Assembly (NCBI GenBank): GCA_001938485.1
Contig: MQRK01197175.1
Location: forward strand, 1-64,000
Length of the DNA stretch: 64,000 bases
Reading direction: 5' to 3'
From: Girardia tigrina
Taxonomy: Eukaryota
How positions within the stretch are numbered: the first letter of the stretch is position 1; each line of letters opens with the position of its first letter. Positions 53,315 to 64,000 of this stretch are shown here, in pieces. Made by a program: the position numbers and the translations under genes. Under the pieces are notes generated by a model. The model was not told the origin of the DNA and ran no database searches. It saw nothing but the letters and a program-made list of their open reading frames with translations.

Positions 53315-56300
53315 AACCTAAATGAAGACTTAAGGGAAATTTTGCAGACTCAAATCTGAAATTCATTAAATTCAAGTATCAAATACTTACGAAACAAATT
53401 CGGTAATTTTTATAATATTCATAATCTGAACACAGAAGAATAAGTTCTCCCTACTTTTTGCAAATTGTTCACTGGCATGGGCATTTATTTAATATTTCAT
53501 AATCGAAATTTAATTATAAATTGTGAGGCAGGGAAATATTAAAAAGTTTATGGTGTCAAATTTTATAATTTCTAGTTAGAAAATTTAAAAGAATAAATGA
53601 CATAACAAGAAAGGGAGGAAGAAGAATTTCTGAAAAAAACATTATTAGAAGCCCTTTAACAAGAAAATGAAGAATTACATGTGATAAATATTATTTTTAA
53701 AAGACTTATTTTTTATCAGTAATTGCTTTTTTTTCTCCTACAACATCCAAATAATTTTTGAAGGCACATTAAATAGGGATAGAGAGATAAGTTTAATAAC
53801 AGAATATTCAACTACTATAATTTTGAATTGTAGATTTCATGACGGTATATTGCAATTCACTCCTATTGAGGCATATACATTTGGGTTTCCTTGCCTCAAA
53901 TACCTCATTTGTAATGTTATATTATATTATATTATATTATATTATTTTTTTTATTTTATATTACATAAGACATTATAATTTATTTAACTTTTGTTTAAAA
54001 TAACCCTTATTTCTGGAATGCTGCATTTGTAGTGAATAGAATAATTTAAAGCCATGTTATAATTTAATAAATAAATCTTTAAAAATGTTGTTTCTGTAAA
54101 AGAATGTGTTTTTTCGTACTAAAAGAAGAATAAAAAAGATTATTTTGTTGGTTAATAGGACGAAGAGTGTTTTACTTAAATAATTCTTGTGGAACGAAAG
54201 GTTTAAGAATCATTAAAATAGAAACAACAATGCGACGCATTCAAATATTCGAAAACAAATGAAAAGAATCAACAAATTATATAATAAATATATTTGTTGC
54301 TAAGAAACAAATTTAAGAACTCAAATATTTATAAGACTCTTATTTTTGTAGAGCAGACAAAATTTAATAAGACAATAACTGGCTTGACGTTTAATCACCA
54401 ACAAAGATTAATTATTGTTTTACATTGAAAAGTTTATTCTTCGTTTAATTTGATCGAAAAGATTAAAGCAAACGCTTTTGTCTCTTCTTTTTTTATTTGT
54501 TTCAAGAAATGTCACTTTCTTTAATAAATGAATGTTATTTTTTTAATTTTATGCTTGCAAGTTTTTTTTATTATTTTATTCCTTCAAAAATTGGTTAGTT
54601 TTATAAAATTCACTTAATTTTGCGTTTTTTCTATTTTAAATGGCCAAAGAAAGGATATCTACTGTCTATAGACTTTGAATAAATGAGAAAACCATAGAGG
54701 AAAATAATTTCTTTTACGAAACAAACAAGTCTTGGAGTAACAAATAATGCATTCTAATGTTCATGAAATAATAATTATTATTTGTTGTATTTGGGATCTG
54801 TTTTCTCTTCCTGGCATATTACGACACTAGAATTCATTAATAAAGGTTAACTAGAAATTTCAGGAAAGTTCTAAACATGTCTGACATAATTAGATGTTGC
54901 AATATAACATAAATTTTCATTAACATTAAAAACTCTTTCGCGTGATGTTTTATTGGTCAAGAGATAACCTTTGCAACCGGAAGAACAAGTATGAGGATTT
55001 TGTAAACGCGTATAAATTTTTGAATTTAGAATTTAACAAAGAAATTTGCAAAACATTTTAAAATATATCATAAATATAAAGAATTTTATGATTAAATTAA
55101 AATAAATTAATATAAATTTTTATAACAAAAAAAAATGGAAATTTATTATAAAATAATTTAAATTAAAAGATGGTAATGAATTTTGATTTAAATACTTTCG
55201 TAAATTAAAAATGCAAACTTAATAAGTTAGGAATAAAATATTTGAAATAAAATTTGAAATAAGTATATATTTCAAAATTATACGAAATAATAATTTATGT
55301 ATCTATATATATAATTCATTATTTTTATGTAAAAATAATTTGTGCGAGAAAAAAAGAAAAGTGTTCCTCAAACATTTATTTAAAAAATTTGTTTTTTAAA
55401 TCGCATCCATTTTATGACAATAATTTCTATCGATTTGATTTTTTTAGAGTTTTTATAATTTTGCTAGATATTAACATTGTTGAAATGAGCTTGAAAGAAC
55501 CAGGTCATTTGGAATTATTGTCTTAAAATTGGCTCGGTAGTCAAAAATGACGCTCCAGCATTCTAGTGTCAAAAAATATGTTATTTTGTTATATTAAATA
55601 AAAGTTTTAAGCAAGATTCGTCTTTGAAAAAGATTTCGTCTTTGAAAGTTTCGGTTTTATAAATTTATTTTTAAACATTTTTTTTACTTTTAAATAATAA
55701 CCATATTGACTTTTTAGTTTTATTAAATTTTTATTTTTCTTACTTAAAAATTTTTAATTTTAAAAAATTTGAGGTTTTTCAAATTTTTTTAATTTAAATC
55801 ATAGAATTTCTGTCAGTAAAAATTGTATTTCTATATAAAAGCTTAAGGTTCGTACAACTTCAAAAGATTGGAAAGGAAAAAGTAATTCATCGTAATATTG
55901 TTAAGAAATTACTTCAGTTCTGAATACTTGAAGAGTCTACTTTTTCGGATATCATATTTCCACTAATGTTAGCCGTTGTCATCTGACTCCATGTATAAAC
56001 AATTAGCTATTAAATATTACGTTATATTTATTAGAGGTTCTTGGAAAATCGTCAGAATTATTAGTATCAGACATTAAAACTTTTATTATACCACAAAAAA
56101 ATGTTTAAATCTAATATTTAAACAAATTTATTTTTTTGAGACTCTATTTGTTTCATAAATCTTAAACCGATATAGATAAAAATACATATAAATATTCATA
56201 TTTGCTTTTTTTATTACTTCTATAATTACGATAACACTTTAAAATATTTAATCGTTTCATTTAATTTTATTACTTTTTTAAAATCGTTTCATATAAAAAT

Positions 56301-56531
56301 TATACACTTTTTTTTACTTTTTATATTATATTAAAACTCTCAAAAATTTTTATTAGCAATTTAATTGATCTTAATTTTAGTAATTTTATTTTTTCGAATG
56401 TTACATATTTAATTATATAAAAATTTTAATTTGTACATATTTAATATAACTTTCTTTCAAAAATTTTCCTAACATTTTTAATTCCTAACAATCTTCATTT
56501 ATAATTGATATATGTATGAATCAGAATAATT

Positions 56532-56677
56532 GACTAAAAATTGTTTGCACGTCACGCTCAAAGATCTACTACTTGCAGTTGTAACTTGCAAGAAGACTAT
56601 GATATATATATATCATAGTCTTCTTACCATTGCAAGTACAAGATCTTTAAGCGTGACATGGAAACAATTTTTTAGTC
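56532..56677. repeat. Palindromic MITE centred on (AT)n
   Basis: GACTAAAAATTGTTT...AAGAAGACTATGATATATATATATCATAGTCTTCTT...AAACAATTTTTTAGTC. Confidence 0.8.
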
Positions 56678-57636
56678 TATTATATTATATATTAAAAATT
56701 ATTTTAAAAATCGATTGATGAAATTAAAATCCCAAACTTTCAAACTTAAAACTATTAAAGAAAATTTAAAAGTTACCTGCATTCTTGTATAAACATTTAA
56801 CAAATTTTACATAGGAAAACTTTAGAAGATTAAACTAAACCTTCTGTCTTAATGTAGATCTACCACAAGGTCGTTACCAAGTGCCCCATATCTTAATGGT
56901 GTTCATTATTAGATTTAAATATATGGCAAATTTATTTAATTATTAATCAACAAAAATCTAGTTTTAATTATAAATTTTTCTGGTTTGATTTTTATTATTC
57001 GTAAATCATTCTTTCCCATTGAAACTTAAATTGAAAAAGTGTCCATCAACTTAGTGTATAGAAGGTCCTACTTAATCAGCAGAGCAGAGTTCCTTAGAGT
57101 ACTTATCACAACAATTGAAGGATAAATTATAAATAATAAATTCAAAATAAAGCATATAAATTAAAGAAATTAGATTTTGTTTTAATTTATATTTTTGTAA
57201 AAAATATATTCTATATTAATCTCATGGAATGTTTTCCGTTACATTTAGAAAATTTCACAGGAAAAAAAATGAAAATATATTTAATTAATAGACAAATATT
57301 AGATTTATTACCTCCCCAATCAATTTTGTCTCACAACTCTATACAAAAAAATATAAAGTTTTCTTATCGATATAAAGTAATTGAGTTCCCACCCTGAATT
57401 ATATTTTATTACTTCTATTAATATAAAAACGAAAATTAGATATTCATTTTAAATTGATTGCAAAAATAGGTTTTTTTTATATTATTAAAACTGATTTTCT
57501 TTGCGAATGCAATTTTCGGTTGTCATGGTTGCCAGCATCTAATTTATAGAAATTCAGTTTGATTTTATGAAAATTAATTAATCAGACTTAACTGCTTTGA
57601 AATATTATATTTTCCATTAAATTAATTTTTTTCTAG

Positions 57637-57696
57637 GTACCCCATATGACTCCGGCATCGGTGACGCTCCAACCAGACCCTGATGATAATGGAAAG
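57637..57696 (+). CDS. ARRB: Beta-arrestin exon (VPHMTPASVTLQPDPDDNGK)
   Basis: TTTTCTAG acceptor, 60 nt, GTTTGT donor; PxSVTLQP motif. No downstream exon recognised in the window. Confidence 0.92.
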
Positions 57697-58070
57697 GTTT
57701 GTTTTTACAGTTTCAAGTTTTTTCTTTTCAATTTTTTTGGAGCTTTGAGGGTGCTTTGAGAAATTCCCAAAATTAAGTACAAATGACAATCTAGACCAGT
57801 TTAAAGCCAGTCGGAATTAATTAATAATTCAAAAGACTTTTATTTTATTTTTCAGCTTCTAAATTCACTATAGTCCTCACATGATCTAGACCGATTTAAA
57901 TGAAATAAAATCAATGTCATCCAACAATTGGTTAAAACAAATTATTTCCAAATATTCCGGAAGAAGGGAGCATCTGGGCCTATAGAGATGCTCTGAAAGA
58001 GTCAATAATGTCTTTGATCGCACTCGAGCGCTTTTCATTCATCAAATTGTCGTACTGATTAATGAAAAAT

Positions 58071-58920
58071 CCCTTCGGACTTCAGGATACACAAAACACA
58101 TTCGATTTCTGATTTATAATATCGATTTTGTTTTCTTTCACACAACACTGTGAGACCGTATCGTTCAAAACCACCAAAAACAACTCTTTCTCATTTGGAT
58201 GCCACCACAAATCGACCAACTGCCTTTCGGTATTCGGTTTATATTCACAAAATTCGATTCTCCACTCTCCAGCAGTAATCTCTCGACACGGAACAACCCG
58301 ACAGTCGCCAATCGACCATCATCGGTCACCAAGGCGACCAGTAGAATCGATCTACCGCAACTGAACTCGATCCAGGCGAAACTCAATCTGAATTTGATAG
58401 AGAAAATCAAATCGACACTTACGAGCGCGTTCCTCAAGTCGACCGATTCAATACTCGCTCTCTCGCACGAGGAGACATGGCAGAAATCCACATCGTTGCC
58501 GACGATTGACGCCAGTAATCCGGCCCGTCAATCGATTGCATTATATCGGATGTTTTTCGTGCATTTAGTCAATGACGGTTTGAATGGATGAAGCGTTTGA
58601 AAATTAACGTTTATCGAATTCGATTTGTCATTAAATCTTTCGAATCTTTCATAGAATACTTTAACCATTTCAGTATCGATTTTCGAATTGATTGATTCAC
58701 ATTTCGCTTTGTAAAAACCAATCTTATGGGAACAATTCTCTATTCGCCGATCACACAGAAACACTGCGTCGTTTATTTGATTAATTCTATTCAAATTTCG
58801 ATCTAAAATCGAATCGAGTTTGAAAATATCGACGAGAAGAATCGACGCATCAAAAGTTGCATTATTTATTGTTTTTGTAATTTTAATATTTGCGGTCTTT
58901 TTTAACATCGCGATTAGCAT
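58071..58920 (-). pseudogene. Nup214/Nup159-like N-terminal beta-propeller pseudogene, antisense within an arrestin intron
   Basis: WIEFSCGRSILLVAL...VGLFRVERL, frameshift, LVDLWWHPNEKELFLVVLND...VFCVS*SPKG parallels the Nup214 order LALSCD...FFDV...DMKWNP...VCWSPKG; two in-frame TGA stops. Confidence 0.6.
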
Positions 58921-59516
58921 AATTCAGCATCCAGAAAAGAAATTCACTCTTTAATCAATTCAAAACGATATTCAGTCACGTATCGAATTTATTTTCACCA
59001 ATCAAAATCTCTATCGTTTTTACAAGTTCATCAATTTAACTCCGCAAAACAAAACTCAAGGTCATTTCACACTATCAATTGTTAATAACTAAAAAATCAA
59101 AATTACAATTCAAATTGTTCAATTTCTATCGAATAACTTCAAATGACAAAAAATAATAAATTAATTTTCCATTTCAATTTGATTTGATTTTCTCCAATTT
59201 GAAACGAATATATAATAATGATGATAATTAATTTAAAAAACAAAAATTTAATAATTAAAATGTTCGAATCCCGAACACAAATGACACTTGAACTTACTTT
59301 TTTACCCCTAAGGTTAAGCAACAATCAAAACAATTGAAACATAGACATTCTCTATCACTATAGAATGTCCATAAAATCAGCGGGAAGAGTTGACTTCAGT
59401 CATTTTAAAGGTTAAGGAAATATAATAAAGAATGAATACAACATTAGGCATTTAGGATGAAAACATTCATGAAAAAAAAACCGCGATTCAGCAAGAAGAA
59501 TATCATTTTCCATCAT

Positions 59517-59900
59517 TGTGAGGAATGTCCTAAATTTTTTATTTGTTTATATTTTGAAGTTGTATGTTGACTCGGATTATGTCGGATTAGTATTTTCTTT
59601 GATGCCTATTAATTGAAAATAATTTAATTTAATTTTAAAGTAAAATTATATAAAATATTTTTCAAATGTAATTTTTAAATTTTTAAATATAATATTTAAT
59701 TTTTATAATATAATTTAAAAATTTAAACTTTAATTTGAAACAAAATATAAATCTAATTTTAGCCAATAAGAGTTTTGATAATTATTTAATATTATAATAA
59801 TTTTCGTATTTGTTTTCAAAAGAACTAGGATGACTAAAACATATTAATCAAGAAAGAATGACAATTCGACTTGGTACATTAGTAAATGTTCGAAAATCAT
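59517..59900 (+). repeat. TGTGAGGAAT module copy E, degenerate
   Basis: TGTGAGGAATG...TTGTATGTTGACTCGG; the downstream ATG at 59830 stops early. Confidence 0.5.
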
Positions 59901-60225
59901 ATTGATATTGTTAATAATCATGACAATGCGCATCTCCCTGCAAGAATGATAGCAATAAGAAAATTTAACGAACTTAAGTACAATCTGTTACAATATACAC
60001 CTTATTCATCTGATTTAGATCCTTCTGACTTTCATTTATTCTCATAACTAAAACTTTTTATCTGTCGAAAACTATTTTAAAGGACTTGAAGAACGACATT
60101 TGTAGTTGTGGAATATCATTGAATGAAGTTCACTTAGCTTAAAGGAGATTATGTAGATACATTCAACATTATTAAACTCTAATTTTCTCGTTTTCTCTTT
60201 CATTTTTCGAACTTGACAAAGCGCC
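59900..60225 (+). mobile_element. mariner 3' fragment, degenerate
   Basis: HDNAH...LNELKYNLLQYTPYSSDLDPSDFHLF. Confidence 0.78.
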
Positions 60226-60236
60226 ATCCTGTAAAG

Positions 60237-60696
60237 CAGTGGTGGCCAAACTGGGTGTCGCGGCGAGCCTTCAAGGGTGTCGCGAAAATTTTTCAAAACT
60301 ATCAAAAGTACTCACTTTTTTGAAAAAAATCTTTAGGTATTTTAATGCTGGATTATATAGTGAGTAGTACTCACTGAGTACTATTTCCAACCATTTTACA
60401 AGATTTATAGTTGGTTGTTACTTTCGGTTTAACGACCTTTTTGAAAAATATTTTTTTTCAAAACAATCCACTTTTTTAAACCAAAGAATAACCAAACCAC
60501 TATATTAAATGTTTCATCATTAATAAATAAGTTTTATCCAACTATGCTTGAAAAGCTAAAAGTTATGTCTTTTTCATTTTCAATTCCAATGACCGAAAAT
60601 TCTAGTTATGTAGAAAGGCTGAAAGGCATATGGGTGTCGCGAAATTTTTCCGTTTACAAAAAGCAGTCGCGGCGCAAAAAAGGTTGGCCACCACTG
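60237..60696. mobile_element. hAT (Buster/Charlie-like) MITE
   Basis: TIRs CAGTGGTGGCCAA / TTGGCCACCACTG with a perfect 8-bp TSD, CTGTAAAG. Confidence 0.92.
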
Positions 60697-63116
60697 CTGT
60701 AAAGATTTGAGTTAAATTTAAATTATGCATCAGCATGCAGTAAAAATAAAGTTTCATCAAAGTGGGTTCAACTAAATCGAACTGTGGTGTATTTTGTTCT
60801 CGCTTGGAATTGTACTTATATTATATATTTTATTTTTGTCTACATTAATTTTCAAATTTCATTATAAGATTTATCTTAATATTAAATTTTACATAACTGA
60901 AAAAAATTAAATTTAAATTACGTTATTCTGAGAGTAATAAAACATATTTTATTTATTATATTTGTCTTTAAAAGATTATTTTCATCGAACTGATATCGAT
61001 AAATTTATCTGACTAATGTAAAAAAAATATTTGTTGAAAATTTTCCAGAATAAATATGGCAATTATTTTATTTACTTTGGTAGCAAATTAATGAAATTAA
61101 AGATTACTTGTAAATTAGGTGTGAAGTATAATATAACTCGAGTCATTTAGTAATACGACAACATATTAAGGAATTATATGTATGGAGAACAATTAATTGT
61201 TCAGAAAAATCAAGGTTTAAATATTTACTAGAGTCACAGCGAAATGTTCTTTTTGTGAAGCATAAGTGTTCTAAAAGGATTATTATTAAAATAATTTAGA
61301 TGACAAATATTTTGTCTACGAGATTACCCTTAAATAATTATTATCAATTACAAAAAATATATAATGCAATAAAATAATTATAATTAATAACAATCTAAAA
61401 CAGACAGAAAAAAAGAAGTAATCCTAAAATCACATGTGTTGGGGTTCCTTTTGGTGAACTTTAAATTTTTGATATTTTTAAAACTCATATTTGTATTTTA
61501 AATAAATTAAAAATAATGTTCGGTTAATTAAAATGAAATAATTCTTTAAAATAAAAACCTTTTAAATTCTTTAAAAAAAGAACAGGCTCATTCTTTAAAT
61601 TATTGGAAATAATTAATTGTTATAAATAATCTCTAAAATAAAAAAATATTTAAAATCAAAAGTTTTAAACAGTTATTAGTAAAAAATATCTTAATTAATT
61701 TTAAAAAGTTAATTTCACAAATAATTGAATTTTAATTGTTTTGCATTTATTTTAAGAGTTATTCGGAAGAATTTTTTGTTAAAATTTTTGTTGTCAGAGA
61801 TGTAATAAAAAAAAGATAATTTAAAGTTAAAAGGCAGTTGGAAATTCTGCAAATTAAAATTCAATAAATAATAGATAAAATAAAGTTTATTCCTTTTTAT
61901 TGGGTGTTTAATTTAAAAATTGTAAAAATATGGTGTAATAGTAATATGTAATATTAAAACACTTTATTATAATACCTACCCAAGTTAACCAAATAGAAGG
62001 GATAATTTAGTTAACTTTGTGTAGTATCACAAAAATGCGAACTTTAACAAATAACTAAACGAAATAAATAATGAAACCAATAAGTGAAAAACAAATGTAA
62101 TTAAATACCAGTCGAAAACATGAAATCAACAAATCCAAATAACTGTTTTTCTTTATGGTTTGATTTTGAATATTTTGGCTTGTTCAATTTTTTCCGTTAT
62201 GGTATACATAATTTCCATAATTCTTTGATTTTATTTTTCTATTGATTTTCCAATCGATCGAAAATTTTTAAATTCCCAAATTATCATATGCAATTATTCA
62301 TTTTCGCAAGAAAGTTCCACTATTTTTCCAGAATGTTTTTTTACAAAAAGGAGGGGGAAAAAAAGAAAAGGGGGAAAGAAAAAGAATCTACATGTAACAA
62401 TAGAAGTGTTAATTCTAGTAAAGGAACACATTTACTAGAGATCTCAGTAAAAGTATATTACCATTGGAATCAGAATAAAATAAGATTTCAAACAAAGTAT
62501 TACCCANNNNNNNNNNNNNNNNNNNNNNNNNNNNNNNNNNNNNNNNNNNNNNNNNNAATTTTTAAATTCCCAAATTATCATATGCAATTATTCATTTTCG
62601 CAAGAAAGTTCCACTATTTTTCCAGAATGTTTTTTTACAAAAAGGAGGGGGAAAGAAAAGAATTGATACTGTTTCCTCCTGCTCATCCTTCCTCTATTTC
62701 AAATGTATTTCTTTCCATTTTTCCTCTGAACCTGATCCTTTCCGGAATTATTTTTCTTTCTTGATAAAACAAAACAAAACAAAACAACAATTACAGACCA
62801 TAAAACATAGTTACATGGTGCACACACACGAATGCAAACAAATAATAAAAATAAAAACAAAAGAGACAAACACAAGATACAGCAGTTTTTCCAATGTAGT
62901 GAACGCTACATGTAACAATAGAAGTGTTAATTCTAGTAAAGGAACACATTTACTAGAGATCTCAGTAAAAGTATATTACCATTGGAATCAGAATAAAATA
63001 AGATTTCAAACAAAGTATTACCCACCCCAAAATTCTGACTTTCGCAAATTAGATTTGTTGTGTAATAATTACTTGAATATATATTCCGATTAATTGTTTT
63101 CTTCGAAAACGTTCTA

Positions 63117-64000
63117 TTGGGTTGGCCAAAAAGTCATTGCGTTTTTGAGTACGTCCTAATAAAAAGCTTGAAAATATAAAACGATGTGATAAAATTTAAA
63201 TTCAATTATATATTCTGAAACCTTAATTTTCAGACTATGTTTATACAAAATATTAATTGATTTTTAATTTATTACTTTACCGTCAATTCGAAATGGAAAA
63301 TCAAAATGAGCATATTCGTCATGTTTTGTTGCATTATGTTCACAAAGGGAAAACCACTGTGCAAGCTCATAAGAAGATATGTTTTGTATATGGTAGTGAC
63401 TCCTTAAAACTTCGACAGTGCCAATACTGGTTTTCTAAATTTCGTTCTGAAAAATTTCATCTAAAAGATGCACCACGCTCCGGTCGACTAGCTGAAGTTG
63501 ATGGCGACAAAATAACAGCACTGATCAAATCTAATCCACATATGACGACAAGAGAAGTTGCAGAGACTCTGGAAATATCAAAATCAAGTGTTGGAAGTCA
63601 TTTAAAGAAACTTGGATTCGTCAGTAAATTCGATATGTGGTTACCACATGAACTGAAAGAAATTCATTTGGTGAAACGTATAGACATTTGCAATTCCCTT
63701 TTGAAGCGAGAACAAAGTGATCCATTTTTGAAGAGCTTGATTACGGGTAACGAAAAATGGATTGTTTACAACAATGTGGAACGCCGACGATCATAGCCAA
63801 AACGTGGTTAGCCTGCCAAAACGATGCCAAAAGCAGAAATTCACCAAAGGAAGGTAATGCTTTCCGTCTGGTTGGATTTTAAAGGAATTGTGTTTTTTGA
63901 ACTCCTTCCGAGGAATGAAACCATTAATTCAGACAGATATTGTGGTCAGCTGGAGAAATTGGCTCATTCAATTCATTAGGAACTTCCTGAATTGGCAAAT
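63117..64000 (+). mobile_element. mariner transposon (mellifera-like), runs off the window
   Basis: TA|TTGGGTTGGCCAAAAAGTCATTGCG; MENQNEHIRH...PRSGR...WLPHEL...ITGNEKW, with a premature stop at 63794. Confidence 0.92.

Noticed and set aside
58071-58530. TGA-as-Trp recoding in the Nup214-like frame
   Set aside because: The frame also has a frameshift and TGG is used for Trp elsewhere, so pseudogene decay is the simpler explanation.
58199-58591. 130-aa plus-strand ORF
   Set aside because: Antisense shadow of the minus-strand Nup214-like pseudogene.
62263-63025. Exact duplications on both sides of the gap at 62507-62556
   Set aside because: Identical sequence flanking a gap; most likely an assembly or haplotype artefact.

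Overview
AT-rich, gapped eukaryotic (invertebrate; planarian-like by inference) genomic DNA. The only apparently intact host gene is a + strand beta-arrestin, seen as four small coding exons (3337-3367, 43569-43629, 49036-49277, 57637-57696). Its introns, including one of about 40 kb, are filled with mobile DNA: several mariner/Tc1 and two pogo elements, hAT, MULE and Helitron elements, MITEs/foldbacks, Penelope-like elements (one with hammerhead ribozymes in inverted terminal repeats), RTE-like and RLE-type LINE ends, and a Gypsy pol fragment. A Maverick/Polinton polB fragment and a Tc1 derivative lie upstream of the first exon. Most notable: (1) a dispersed TGTGAGGAAT-headed module followed about 350-400 bp later by a conserved ~40-aa Cys/LNK micro-ORF; (2) three 3'-truncated, N-terminal host-gene copies (PABP, MYST acetyltransferase, Nup214-like) fused to unrelated sequence, one inside a TSD-bounded hAT element; (3) a 412-bp structured insert with an 11-bp duplication; (4) a possible endogenous viral fragment fused to a LINE end. 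All calls come from manual motif reading; no searches were run.
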